A DNA stretch of 64,000 nucleotides from Vulcanimicrobiota bacterium (lineage in GTDB: Bacteria; Acidobacteriota; Terriglobia; Terriglobales; Acidobacteriaceae). Positions 19,484 to 29,933 of this stretch are shown in pieces. Where the stretch lies: positions 491-64,490 of the forward strand of contig CAZZYH010000003.1 of the NCBI GenBank assembly GCA_964658225.1, given 5' to 3'. Numbering within the stretch: the first letter of the stretch is position 1; every line of letters begins with the position of its first letter. The translations under genes were made by a program, and so were the position numbers. The notes beneath the pieces were generated by a model that saw only the letters and a program-made list of their open reading frames with translations, had not been told where the DNA came from and did no database searches.

Positions 19484-22400
19484 TCAAAAGACGAACTTAC
19501 CCGCAAGCTGCAGGATTCTTGCATTATGCGCGGCACTCGCGGTCAGGAACGAGTCGCCGGAGCATTGCGCCGCGCCCCCGTAGCAGGCGGTTGTGTTGAT
19601 AGCGCTGAACTGCGTGTGGTTAAAGATGTTGAAGCCTTCTGCACGGAATTCAAAGTGCATAGCCTCGCGAACGGAGAAGTTCTTAAAGAGCCCCACGTCG
19701 AAATTCGTGCGGGTAGGCAGTCGCAGGATATTCCGCCCCGCATCGCCATAGGTGAGACCCTGCGGCGCACCGAAGGCATCGCTGTTGTATAGACGCGGTC
19801 CGGGCTGTCCTGCCGGGTGACGGATGGCAGCCGGAGCATGGATGTCGCCGATAATGTCGGGGTAGGACTGGATGCCTGTGACCTTGTTGCCGGTACCTGC
19901 ATTATCGGAGTTGGTGGGATTCGACACGCTGAAAGGCGTTCCTGTCTGGTAGCTCGTCAGGTCGGATACCTGCCATCCACCGAGCGTTGAGTGCAACAGT
20001 CCGGGCCTGGTAAACAAGGGCAGATCATAGACCAGGCTTACCTCGAGCACATGCTTCTCGTCATAGTTCGAGGTGGCCAGGCTTGCCTGAGGGTTGTATG
20101 CGTTTGGGATCTCGACACCGATACCACCGTCAGAAGCATCGTCGATCGAATGCCCGTAAGTATAGGCGAGGCTCCCGTTCAGCCCTCCGTAGTATCGGCT
20201 CACAGATACCTGGAGCGCATCATACTGAGACTGCGCGATATTTTCTGAATGGGTAATGCCGCTGATACCGAGAAACGGGCGGAAGGGATCGGCTGTATTT
20301 CCGCAGGCAATGGCCAAGTGTGCGGCCACGTCTCCTGTCACGGTCTGCCCGTTCGCGATCGCTGTATAGCCGGTCGAGCTATCCCCAGTGACACTCGCGC
20401 AGTCGCCACCAATTGGTTGTCCCGGTCCATAGGGGTTCGTGCCGGGCGCGATTGGCTGAAGCTGGTTGTACTCATGGCGCAGGGGCAGCTTTCTGCCCAG
20501 GCTGCCGACATAGGCCACCTGCATCGTGGTATGACCGGGCAATTCCCCCTGGGCGGCCAGGTTGAACTGTTGCACATAGGGCCACACAGCATGGGTCGGG
20601 ATGGCGATGAAATTCAGCGGGAACTGTTCGATCGTGCCACCGGTGGCGTTGTAGGTGGTGAAGTTCGAGCGGGAGGGCGTTTGTACTACCGGAGCCGTCC
20701 CTTCCAGGTATTCTGAGTTGCTCTCGTTTCCATTTGTGTGCTCAAAGAAGACGCCGTATCCGCCGCGGAGTGAGAGTTTGCCATTGCCGAATACGTCGTA
20801 CGCAAAACCGACCCTCGGCGCAGGATTGAACAGGTGCCCTGTCATACAGCCGGCGTACACGCCATTGACCCCACACTGCACAATGCCGTTGAAGATGCTC
20901 CCGGTTCCAGGAACAATCGAGCCATCGGCCGGGCTGATCTGCGGGGCGTTGGCCGCGCTCCATGCGCCCGGCTCAAAGTTGCCGGATTGGTTGCTGATGT
21001 CTTCATAGGTGCCGAACAAACTCAGGCGAAGACCCATGTTGAGCGTGAGCTTGGGAGTCGCGCGCCAATTATCCTGAAAGTAGGGCTCGAGGATTTTGTA
21101 ACGGTTATAGTACTTTGGCTGGGCCGAGGTCTGGGTGTAAGACGCTACCTCTCCAGCCAACAGGTCGGCAAAGGGATTGCCGGTGCTCACCGCGGCCGAG
21201 GCGCTAAACGAGTAAGTGCCCTGGACGGGGACGCCATTGTTGTTGCCGACGGCTGGCTCGTTTTTCTGTGCCGCGATGAATGTAGCGCCCAGGATGAAGG
21301 TTTGCTTGTCCAGAGTCTTGGTGAGATTGTCGCGATAGGTGTAAGTCGGATTCGAATTCTGCCACGGGAAGTACCCGGTATTCGCGCTGAATCCGCTGCC
21401 ATATGCGGTGCCTCCTGAAACGTTAATCCAGGGCAACACCCCGCCGTAACCGTTGTTGAAAAACCCCTGCCCGGTAAAGTCGGAACGGCCGATCCCCTGT
21501 GTCGTGTTCAGCAAGGTAATGTGATCAGTCGTGTAGTCTGCCACGAATTCGTTGACGAGCGAGGGCGAGGCAGCATACGTGAGGTTTGCCACCATATCGA
21601 TGCCCGGTCCGGCAAAGCTGTTCTCGACAGTTGGAAACGAACTGCTCTGGAAGGTTGGGGGATTGCTGACGGTGGCCCATGAGTCGTAGATAAAACGAAA
21701 AAAGCCGCGCATCTTGTCGCTGATCACCTGGTCTACACGGAACAGCTCTTCGCGATTGGTAGTGAGCTGCGAGGGTGAGGCGGTAAAGAACGAAGAGGTT
21801 CCCGAGCCGCTATTGGCTGCCGGGATAAGCACCAGCAGCGCGGCGCCGTTGGGGTCGACAGGGACCTGATTGTTGGGGTAATACGAGCCGAGGCTTGTCG
21901 AGGTCGCGCTGCCAGGAACAACGGGACAGTCAGGGTTGGCTGTCTGCGTTGCAGATGTGACAGCGCCTCCGCCGGCCGGGCACAGGTCTGAGAAGTCTCC
22001 GGTGCGCTCGGCTGTGGAGGGCACCTGCTGGTTAAACACTGTGCCGGGCACGTTCTCGTGCCGCCACTCTTGCGAGTAGAAAAAGAAGGTCTTGCGCGTT
22101 CCGGGATTGTAGATATGGGGAATCGCGACCGGTCCGCCCAACGTAAATCCGTAATCATGCTTCTTGTAAGTCGGCACCGAGGTTTCAAAGTAGTTGCGCG
22201 CATTGAACGCATCGTTGCGCAGAAACTCGAAGACATCTCCGTGGAAGTGGTCGGTGCCGGATTTGGTCTGCGCGAGGACGGTGCCGGAGGCATTGCGGCC
22301 ATACTGGGCGCCGTAGTTGGAGGTAAGCACCTGCGTCTCTGCCACCGCGTCCACATCGGGATAGACGTTCAGCGTGCTGTTGCTGCCGTTATCCATCAGG

Positions 22401-23104
22401 CTCGATCCATCGAGTTCCCAATTGTTGTACTCGGTGCGGCCGCCATTGATGCTGTACGACACGCTGCCGCCCACCCCGGTTTCGCCTTCGTCCTGCCCGG
22501 TCTGATTGATCACACCGGGCGAGAGCGTGACCAGCTGCGAAAAGTTGCGGCCGTTCAGGACTAATTGCGTGATCTGCTTGCCGGTGATGGTAAACGAGAT
22601 TTCGGGTGACTCGGTCTGCACGGTCCCGAGGTCACTGCCGCTGACCTCGACCTTCGAGGTAACAGCCCCTACTGTGAGTTTGGCGTCGACACGCTCGGTG
22701 CTCGAGACCCGGAGGACAATACCGCTGGCCTCATACTTTTCAAAGCCGGGCGCGGTGACCTCGAGGCTGTATGCGCCTGCCTGCAGAGCCGGAAAGGCGT
22801 ACTCGCCGGCGCTGTTGGACACCACGTGGATCACGGTACCCTGAGCGGTATTGGTCAACGCAATATCAGCGTTCGGGATCGCGTTGCCGCCGGAGTCGGT
22901 CACCGCGCCATTGATTGCGCCCGACTGCTGGGCAGCAATCGAGCCAGGAAGCACGCAGAGGTACACTCCAAGAAGCAGCAGCAAGCTGGGAAGCAGCCAG
23001 GCTTTGGCGAAGAAATGAGTTGCCTGGGGCTGAAGACAGGGAGACACACGGACCTGGTGCGATCTCGGGCGACCATGGCAAAGCATTATGTACTGCCTCC
23101 TCAA
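19484..23104 (-). CDS. TonB-dependent receptor with an N-terminal carboxypeptidase-regulatory-like domain
   Basis: AAQQSGAINGAVTDSGGNAIPNADIALTN...GEYAFPALQAGAYSLEVTAPGF is a CarboxypepD_reg fold. A long beta-barrel follows, and the terminal residue is aromatic (...GKFVF). The exact start is uncertain; a GTG about 20 codons in is also possible. Confidence 0.85.
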   Translation of the reverse strand: MRRQYIMLCHGRPRSHQVRVSPCLQPQATHFFAKAWLLPSLLLLLGVYLCVLPGSIAAQQSGAINGAVTDSGGNAIPNADIALTNTAQGTVIHVVSNSAGEYAFPALQAGAYSLEVTAPGFEKYEASGIVLRVSSTERVDAKLTVGAVTSKVEVSGSDLGTVQTESPEISFTITGKQITQLVLNGRNFSQLVTLSPGVINQTGQDEGETGVGGSVSYSINGGRTEYNNWELDGSSLMDNGSNSTLNVYPDVDAVAETQVLTSNYGAQYGRNASGTVLAQTKSGTDHFHGDVFEFLRNDAFNARNYFETSVPTYKKHDYGFTLGGPVAIPHIYNPGTRKTFFFYSQEWRHENVPGTVFNQQVPSTAERTGDFSDLCPAGGGAVTSATQTANPDCPVVPGSATSTSLGSYYPNNQVPVDPNGAALLVLIPAANSGSGTSSFFTASPSQLTTNREELFRVDQVISDKMRGFFRFIYDSWATVSNPPTFQSSSFPTVENSFAGPGIDMVANLTYAASPSLVNEFVADYTTDHITLLNTTQGIGRSDFTGQGFFNNGYGGVLPWINVSGGTAYGSGFSANTGYFPWQNSNPTYTYRDNLTKTLDKQTFILGATFIAAQKNEPAVGNNNGVPVQGTYSFSASAAVSTGNPFADLLAGEVASYTQTSAQPKYYNRYKILEPYFQDNWRATPKLTLNMGLRLSLFGTYEDISNQSGNFEPGAWSAANAPQISPADGSIVPGTGSIFNGIVQCGVNGVYAGCMTGHLFNPAPRVGFAYDVFGNGKLSLRGGYGVFFEHTNGNESNSEYLEGTAPVVQTPSRSNFTTYNATGGTIEQFPLNFIAIPTHAVWPYVQQFNLAAQGELPGHTTMQVAYVGSLGRKLPLRHEYNQLQPIAPGTNPYGPGQPIGGDCASVTGDSSTGYTAIANGQTVTGDVAAHLAIACGNTADPFRPFLGISGITHSENIAQSQYDALQVSVSRYYGGLNGSLAYTYGHSIDDASDGGIGVEIPNAYNPQASLATSNYDEKHVLEVSLVYDLPLFTRPGLLHSTLGGWQVSDLTSYQTGTPFSVSNPTNSDNAGTGNKVTGIQSYPDIIGDIHAPAAIRHPAGQPGPRLYNSDAFGAPQGLTYGDAGRNILRLPTRTNFDVGLFKNFSVREAMHFEFRAEGFNIFNHTQFSAINTTACYGGAAQCSGDSFLTASAAHNARILQLAGKFVF

Positions 23105-23365
23105 AAAAAAACTTACCGGTCTTTTCTCTTCTCAGCTGTGTGTTGAGCTTGCATATGGAAGTGCGCTTGCATGAAGGGATGGCTTGAAGACTAAAGCGTT
23201 TTAATACGATGTCAAGAAGAAGTTGCTTTCGGCTCGGATTTCCTGCGCCATCGGTCACAATGGCAGCTCTGTTCGATGAGCCAATCCTTGGCATCTCTGT
23301 TGCAGATCGTAAAGAGACGATGCGAAGCCTGCCGCTGCAGCGTGCCGGGGTACACTGCTGCCACG

Positions 23366-24604
23366 ATGGTTTCGCCCAGGCCGGAGAGCCTTCTTCTAAC
23401 CCGAGTGTTGCTGGTTGGCATTTTGCAGGCGCTCTCCGCAAGCGTTTGCGGTTCGGCGGCCGCGCCCGCCCCCCCGCGGCTCCTGCTGCTCCGGGAAGCG
23501 GCCCAGGCGCCGGACCCGGCCACCCTTTTTCACCAGGGGACCGAAGCCATGCAGAGGGGCGAGTTCCCGGTTGCCGAGCAGAGGTTTCGCCAGGTGATTG
23601 CGCTTGATCCCAACTCCGCCGCGCCATATATCAACCTGGGTGTTACGTATATGCGCGAGAAGCGCTGGGATGATGCCCTGGTGGCCCTGCACAAGGCGGA
23701 GGTGCTCGCGCCGGCAGAAGCCGGGGTGCTGCTGAACATCGGTTTGGCCTACTATCGCAAGAACGAGTATGCAGCGGCCACGGAGCCCTTCGCCCGCAGT
23801 TTGAAACTGGCGCCCGACTCCCTGCAGGCTAGATATCTTCTGGGCCTCTGCTACTTCTTTACGAACAGATATGGCGATGCTACCCAGACCATGGCTCCCC
23901 TGTGGGAAAAGGAGGCGGCCAATCTGAACTATCTGTATGTTCTCAGCATCGCAGCCAGCAAGTCGTCCAACCTGGAGTTGCAGCAGAAGGCGTTCGCACA
24001 AATGCTCGCGATCGGCAAGGACACTCCAGAGTTTCATCTGTATGTGGGCAAAGCGTGGCTGGCAGAAGACAATACCGGAAAGGCGCTGTCAGAATTCCGG
24101 GCCGCTGCCGCAGCGCGGCCGAATTTACCCCTGGTGCACTACTTCCTGGGTCGCACGTATCTCGAGCAGCACGCCTTGGCTCAGGCGGAGCAGGAGTTGA
24201 CCAGGGACGTGGCGCTCGAGCCCGACTTTGCCTACAACTACGAGGACCTCGGCATCCTCTATGCGCAGCAACACCAATTGCAGAAAGCGGAGCAGGCTTT
24301 CCTCCTGGCGATCGAGCGCAACCACGCACTGGTGAATTCCTATGTCGGCCTGGCCAGGCTCTACCGCGAGACCAACCGCTATCCGGAAGCGTTGAAGATG
24401 CTCGATCAGGCCGAAGCGCTTGCGCCGCAGAGCGCCAGTGTGCACTACACCCGGGCCCAGGTCCTGGTGCGACTCGGCGAGGCCGCGAAGGCGAGGATTG
24501 AATTCGATACAGCAGCAAGGCTGCTCAAGTCCTTCAACGATCGACTCCAGCAGGATCCCACCGGCGATCGCGCAGCAGATGCGCAGGATGCCGCACAGCA
24601 GTAG
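23366..24604 (+). CDS. Secreted tetratricopeptide-repeat (TPR) protein
   Basis: Signal-like N-terminus followed by repeated TPR units (A..YINLGVTY..., LNIGLAYYRKNEY..A, YLLGLCYF..., HYFLGRTYLEQ..). Start placed at ATG 23366; ATG 23276 is also possible. Confidence 0.8.
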   Translation: MVSPRPESLLLTRVLLVGILQALSASVCGSAAAPAPPRLLLLREAAQAPDPATLFHQGTEAMQRGEFPVAEQRFRQVIALDPNSAAPYINLGVTYMREKRWDDALVALHKAEVLAPAEAGVLLNIGLAYYRKNEYAAATEPFARSLKLAPDSLQARYLLGLCYFFTNRYGDATQTMAPLWEKEAANLNYLYVLSIAASKSSNLELQQKAFAQMLAIGKDTPEFHLYVGKAWLAEDNTGKALSEFRAAAAARPNLPLVHYFLGRTYLEQHALAQAEQELTRDVALEPDFAYNYEDLGILYAQQHQLQKAEQAFLLAIERNHALVNSYVGLARLYRETNRYPEALKMLDQAEALAPQSASVHYTRAQVLVRLGEAAKARIEFDTAARLLKSFNDRLQQDPTGDRAADAQDAAQQ

Positions 24605-24658
24605 CCCGGAGGGGCGCTCCCGCATGCATAAAGAGCGTAGGCGCACCTCAACGCTGCT

Positions 24659-25213
24659 CTAGTAGATCCGGTAGGAGATGCCTCCGCTGTATCCCGCCGG
24701 GGTGAGCCCATTGTCCGGATATCCCGGCAGGCCCGGGGCGCTGGGAAGGAACTGGTGCTCGTAGTCAAAGCGAGCTTTCCAGTTGCGGGCGAAACGGTAT
24801 TCCACGTTGCCGCCGGGAGCGAAGGCAAAGTAACTTCCGTAGCCGATGCCGTTGGTGTAGGTTACCAGCCCCGCACCGGCGACGAACCGAACGTTCCCAT
24901 AGAAGCGTCCGTGTTGATAGACCAGAACGTTCGGTCCGAAGAAGAAGTTCTTTTCTGTAAGGCCGCCCGGCTTGGTAAAGGTGAAAAAGCGCGCCTCCCC
25001 TTCGGCCCCCAGGCGTTTATACAGATTGATGTTGGCATAGAACCCCAGTCCGGGAAGCCTCGGGATACCCCAATCTGGATAGAAGTTCGAGTATTCCGCG
25101 CCTACCCAGAGGTGACTTAAATCGCCGGTGGAGGTGCGAGGGACCTGGGCGCGAACCGTAGTAGAGGACAGCGCAACGCAGGCGATCAGGGACAGGAGGA
25201 ACGAGTGCCGCAT
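24659..25213 (-). CDS. Small outer-membrane beta-barrel protein (OmpW/OmpA-barrel-like porin family)
   Basis: Signal peptide MRHSFLLSLIACVALSSTTVRAQ. Alternating amphipathic strands rich in Y/G/F. The C-terminal residue is aromatic (GISYRIY). Confidence 0.6.
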   Translation of the reverse strand: MRHSFLLSLIACVALSSTTVRAQVPRTSTGDLSHLWVGAEYSNFYPDWGIPRLPGLGFYANINLYKRLGAEGEARFFTFTKPGGLTEKNFFFGPNVLVYQHGRFYGNVRFVAGAGLVTYTNGIGYGSYFAFAPGGNVEYRFARNWKARFDYEHQFLPSAPGLPGYPDNGLTPAGYSGGISYRIY

Positions 25214-25532
25214 GGGATCTCCGAGTTTGAAGCACGAACTGGGAGGGGTGCTCCAGATCGGTTTCCCTGCTGCGGTGTATCACCGCTGGGCTAGGGATGG
25301 CCCGCCCCGGGGGAGAGCAGCCCACTTGTAGAAACACCTCTTCGCGACGAAAGGTGTGATCGAGACGGCACTTTTTTTCACCTTTCTTGTAAATGGATGC
25401 CCTTGGCCGGGGATTGGGTGACTGCTCCAGCGAAGTTGGCTTTGCTGGGCGGGGCGGTGCGGGCACCAACGGATCGACAAACCTGTCGAAGAAGCACTGA
25501 TGTAGCATCGGAAATGGAGAGGAAACACGACG

Positions 25533-25964
25533 ATGAGCACACAGACGGAAGCTCTGCAAGGAGCGGTTGCAATGCTGAAGCCCGACGCGGCGAAGAACTG
25601 GACCGGCATGGAGCTGATCCCGTTTGAGGCGATGGCTGAGCGGCTTCTCGATCTCGAGCACGAAGGCCAGGCGGCCACGCTCACGGTGACGCTGGGCAAG
25701 CCCTTCTACATCGAAGGCAAGGGGTGGGCGTGTCCCTATCGCATCTCGGCGCTCGGACGCGAACACGTCACGCCCGCCGGCGGCGCCGATTCCGTCCATG
25801 CGATCCAGATGGCCATGCATATGATCCACAACGACTTGACCGGCATGGCCCGGCACCACACCATGAGCTTTCTCGGCACCCAGGACTTCGGCTTCGGACG
25901 CGTGAGCGGCTCCGACGCCGCCGCAGCCAAGTGTCCGGTCATGAACATGAGCCTGAACGGCTAG
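25533..25964 (+). CDS. Hypothetical protein, 143 aa
   Basis: Strong G/C third-position bias and a GGAGAGG Shine-Dalgarno about 10 nt upstream. I could assign no family. It has a conserved-looking core GWACPYRISALG....GADSVHAIQMAMHMI. Confidence 0.6.
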   Translation: MSTQTEALQGAVAMLKPDAAKNWTGMELIPFEAMAERLLDLEHEGQAATLTVTLGKPFYIEGKGWACPYRISALGREHVTPAGGADSVHAIQMAMHMIHNDLTGMARHHTMSFLGTQDFGFGRVSGSDAAAAKCPVMNMSLNG

Positions 25965-26445
25965 AGTCTCGCGACTCCGAAGGCGTTCGCCTCCCGTCGA
26001 GGAGCAGGCTGATCGCTTTCCGTGCACGGCTGTCCCGAGTCTCCTGCTTTCGCGCGCCCTCGATCCACGTCGCGTATTCCTTACGGCAGGAGTAGGACAG
26101 CCCCGCAAACTTTGCGCTCGCCTCGCGGCTGCTTTCAAGAGCGGTCTGCAACTCCCCGGGCACCGTGACGGTGCGCTCAGCCGTATCAAGTGCAAGCACG
26201 AGGTGCACTGTATCGCCGGCCGTAGCCCGGGCTGCGGTACGCATCCCCTTGTTCACCATCAGGTAATGCCTGCCCTCGCCCTCAGGCGTGAGCGAACTCT
26301 GAAACGAATGTCCGTTGATTGTGCCGATCACCGGGATGCGCCCACGTCGCCCGAAAGCCTTCGCCGCATCAAATGGGATCAGGACATGCGTCCAGGCCCC
26401 TTTGGGCCCACGCGCCGTCAGCTTCACGTCACACTCCTCGGACAT
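25939..26445 (-). CDS. DUF1905 / YdeI-OmpD-associated family protein
   Basis: An internal ATG at 26445 gives MSEECDVKLTARGPKGAWTHVLIPFD...GRIPVIGTINGHSF.SSL...G.HYLMVNK (DUF1905 pattern), then a YdeI-like tail SYSCRKEYATWIEGARKQETR. The upstream 63 codons of the ORF look non-coding. Confidence 0.65.
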   Translation of the reverse strand: MSEECDVKLTARGPKGAWTHVLIPFDAAKAFGRRGRIPVIGTINGHSFQSSLTPEGEGRHYLMVNKGMRTAARATAGDTVHLVLALDTAERTVTVPGELQTALESSREASAKFAGLSYSCRKEYATWIEGARKQETRDSRARKAISLLLDGRRTPSESRDSSRSGSCS

Positions 26446-26834
26446 AGCGCCACCTCCATCCAACGCACGCACGCAGAATAACGCAGAACATCGGTGAGCA
26501 AAGGTGCAAGAAGCAAGGCCGGCAGCCACATGCCAGACACCCTGAAGCCTGCAAGCAGCGCTCGATGCCTCGATGAGCGGAGTGTTGCTCCCCCGGCTCG
26601 AAAACGAGCTCCGTCTCCTGAATGTTTTAGACAATGATTTTCAAGAGGCTGCCCCAGTTCTGCAGCGATTTCTCGAGGGGAAGCGGTCCTTTCTCGACAG
26701 CCCCATCCCCATCTCACAAGGGACGATGCATGCTATGTAGCCTGCCGCTGTTCCAGAGGTGGCGCATGAGCCGCAAGGTAAACTGGGAATACTCCTTACT
26801 TTGAGAGCTTTGCTTGCACCGCTTACTCCAAAAC

Positions 26835-29765
26835 ATGAACCCGCAGCAGCAGGCGGGCGTTGCGTCCGTCGACGGCCCGGTGCTGATCCTGGCCGGCGCA
26901 GGCTCAGGCAAGACGCGCGTCATTACCCATCGCATCGCCTACCTGGTCGAAGAACGCGGAGTCGCCCCTGACTCGATCCTCGCCGTCACTTTCACCAATA
27001 AGGCTGCCAAGGAGATGGCTGAGCGCGTCGACAAGCTGATGGGCGCAAGCACTCTTGCCAAGCCCGTCCTCTCGACCTTCCACAGCTTCTGTGTGCGCAT
27101 GCTGCGCCGCGACATCGAGGCCTTGCGCCTGAATGGAGAAGGCCTCACGCGCAACTTTGCCATTTATGACGACTCCGACCAGCAGCAGCTCGCCAAGCAG
27201 ATCATCCGCCGCATGGGCCTCGACGACAAACAACTGACGCCGCGCAACGCCATGGGCAAGATCAGCTGGGCCAAGAACCACATGCTCGACCCGCAGGAGT
27301 TCTATCTGCAGTCGACCGATCCGATGTCCGAGCGGGTGGCGCATATCTACGAGGCCTACCAGAAGGAGTTGCGCAAGGCGAACGCGCTGGACTTCGACGA
27401 CCTGCTCCTTGAAGCCGTCCACCTGCTTCGCGCATCGTCTGAGGTCAGGCAGCGCTATAACCGGCGTTACCGGTATCTACTCATCGACGAGTACCAGGAC
27501 ACCAACCGCCCGCAGTACGAGCTGATGAAGCTGCTCGCGGGCCCCGAGCACAACGTCTGCGTGGTCGGCGATGAGGACCAGAGCATCTACAGCTGGCGGG
27601 GCGCGGATATCCGCAACATCCTGGAATTCGAGAAGGACTTCCCCGGCGTCAAGACGATCCGCCTGGAGCAGAACTACCGCTCCACGCAGATCATCCTTGA
27701 GGCCGCCGGCGCGGTCGTCGCGCAGAACCAGCAGCGCAAGGGGAAGGATCTATGGACGTCTCGCGAGGGCGGCGCGAAGATCGGCTACTACGAGGCGCCC
27801 GACGGAGAGAACGAAGCTCTCTTTATCGCCGACTACCTGAACAAGTATCTGCGCAAGGCAGCCGAAGAGCAGGAGTCCCCGCGCGCAGCCGTGCTCTACC
27901 GCACCAACTCGCAGTCGCGGCTGATCGAAGAGTCGCTCCGCCGCTACGGGATCAGCTACACGATGGTTGGGGGTTTCTCGTTTTATGAGCGGGCCGAGAT
28001 CAAGGACATCCTCTCCTACCTCAAGCTGGTGCAGAACCCGCATGACTCGATTGCCTTGCAGCGGGTGATCAACACGCCGGCGCGCGGCATCGGGAAGACG
28101 ACCATGGATACGCTGGAGCGGCTGGCCATCGAGACCGGCACGAGCACCTGGACTGCCATCGCGCGTGCGCTCAAGGAGCGCCTGCTGCCCTCCCGGGCGC
28201 TGATCGCCCTCGACAACTTTCGCCGGATGATCGGTGACGCGCACGCGCTGCTCACGCCGGACTTTGCGGCGAAGCTGGCCGGCGATCTCGCCGGCGACGC
28301 GGATGCGACGCTGGCCTTGAGCGGGGTGCATACGGCAGAAACGCGCGACGATGTGCGCGTCGATCTCGACCGGACGCATCATGCATCGGACGAAACGAGT
28401 TTTGACTTCGGGGATGCAGCGGAGGAGTCCATGCAGGGAACGCTCGGGCTGGACGCGCCGGAGGGTGCAGACGAGGCAGCGGCCTTCGATCCCGCCTCGT
28501 TCGGGGACGCAGACGAGTCCGCTGCAGCCTCCACAGAGTCACCCCTTGATGCCGCGGCCTTCAATCCGTTCGGCGAGCAGGCCGGCTCGCCGCGCGCAGG
28601 AGCCGGTACGCGCAACCGCACCGGCGCGGCGAGGCAACAGAGGAGTGATGCAGAGCTGGCCCGCGAGGCCCGCGAAGCAGAGACAGCGGCCGCCTTTCGC
28701 AAGCCGGGCGACCCGGCCACCCTGCCTGAGTTGATCCGGTTCATCAATGACCGCTCCGGCTACATCCGCGCGTTGGAAGAAGAAGGCACGCCGGAGGCCT
28801 TCTCCCGCATCGAAAATCTGAAAGAACTGGCCAACGCCGCGCAGGATGCGCAGAGCCGCGGCGAAACCCTCTCCGAGTTCCTGGACCACGCGGCGCTGGT
28901 CTCAGACACGGACAAGTTTGACGCGGACGCCCGCATCACGCTGATGACGCTGCACGCAGCCAAGGGCCTCGAGTTTCCGGCGGTGATTTTGGCTGGAATG
29001 GAAGAGGCCCTGTTTCCGCATTCGCGCTCGCTTACCGACCCGGCGCAGATGGAAGAAGAGCGCCGGCTCTGCTACGTGGGCATGACGCGCGCCATGGATT
29101 CGCTGGTGCTTACGCGCGCCCGCTATCGCCGACGCTACGGCAATGACATGCCGGAGGCCAGCGTGCCTTCTCGCTTCCTGGAAGAGGTACCGGCCCACTT
29201 GATCGAAGATGTGGGTGGCGGCGCGAGCCTGGCCGCCCAGCAGCGTGTGAGCGGGTGGGGCAGCTATGGTGCGGATCGCTACAGTGTGGGTCGTAGCGGG
29301 CACAGCTATGCCGGCAGCGGCTCGCGCCCCGGCAGCGGGAGTACGAGCAGGGAGACGGGCGAGCGCCACTACAACTATGAGGATGAAGATCAGCGGACGT
29401 CTGCCGCGCGCCCCCAGTCCCCCCCCTACAATCGCGGCCCAAGCCCGGCCGCACGGCAGGCCGCGGCCAGCGCCACCGCGAGAACCGGGGTGATCCCGAG
29501 GAGCGGCGGCGCCGGATCGCTCGACAACATAGCCCAGTTCTTTGGCGGGCGTGGCGCAGCGGGACCTCGGCCAAAACTGGAGGTCGAGGCCCCGACCGGC
29601 GCGACCGGCTTCAAGGCCGGGGCGCGCGTCCGCCATCCTAAATATGGCGAGGGCCAGGTGGTGCGGCGGGAGGGCGAAGGCGAAGACGCAAAGCTGACCG
29701 TCAGCTTCGCCCGGCACGGGGTCAAGAAACTGGTGGAGAAGTTCGCCAAGCTCGAGCGGGCCTAG
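26835..29765 (+). CDS. uvrD: ATP-dependent DNA helicase UvrD/PcrA (SF1), expanded to about 976 aa
   Basis: Motifs: Walker A AGAGSGKT, DEYQDTN, VGDEDQSIYSWRGA, QNYRS, TLHAAKGLEF, YVGMTRA. The C-terminal Tudor-like KAGARVRHPKYGEGQVV is typical of PcrA/UvrD. Confidence 0.9.
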   Translation: MNPQQQAGVASVDGPVLILAGAGSGKTRVITHRIAYLVEERGVAPDSILAVTFTNKAAKEMAERVDKLMGASTLAKPVLSTFHSFCVRMLRRDIEALRLNGEGLTRNFAIYDDSDQQQLAKQIIRRMGLDDKQLTPRNAMGKISWAKNHMLDPQEFYLQSTDPMSERVAHIYEAYQKELRKANALDFDDLLLEAVHLLRASSEVRQRYNRRYRYLLIDEYQDTNRPQYELMKLLAGPEHNVCVVGDEDQSIYSWRGADIRNILEFEKDFPGVKTIRLEQNYRSTQIILEAAGAVVAQNQQRKGKDLWTSREGGAKIGYYEAPDGENEALFIADYLNKYLRKAAEEQESPRAAVLYRTNSQSRLIEESLRRYGISYTMVGGFSFYERAEIKDILSYLKLVQNPHDSIALQRVINTPARGIGKTTMDTLERLAIETGTSTWTAIARALKERLLPSRALIALDNFRRMIGDAHALLTPDFAAKLAGDLAGDADATLALSGVHTAETRDDVRVDLDRTHHASDETSFDFGDAAEESMQGTLGLDAPEGADEAAAFDPASFGDADESAAASTESPLDAAAFNPFGEQAGSPRAGAGTRNRTGAARQQRSDAELAREAREAETAAAFRKPGDPATLPELIRFINDRSGYIRALEEEGTPEAFSRIENLKELANAAQDAQSRGETLSEFLDHAALVSDTDKFDADARITLMTLHAAKGLEFPAVILAGMEEALFPHSRSLTDPAQMEEERRLCYVGMTRAMDSLVLTRARYRRRYGNDMPEASVPSRFLEEVPAHLIEDVGGGASLAAQQRVSGWGSYGADRYSVGRSGHSYAGSGSRPGSGSTSRETGERHYNYEDEDQRTSAARPQSPPYNRGPSPAARQAAASATARTGVIPRSGGAGSLDNIAQFFGGRGAAGPRPKLEVEAPTGATGFKAGARVRHPKYGEGQVVRREGEGEDAKLTVSFARHGVKKLVEKFAKLERA

Positions 29766-29933
29766 CCGCCGGGCGGCGAGCTTCGGTTCAGCGGCGTGCG
29801 CAAGGCACAGGCACCTGCTCTGCGACAACTGGGCGGCTTGCCGTCTGCGGCAGAAGTCGGATCGCCTTCAGCCCCATCTGTAGTAAAACGGTGACAGCGC
29901 AAACAACCGCACCGACACAAGAAAGAAGAACCC

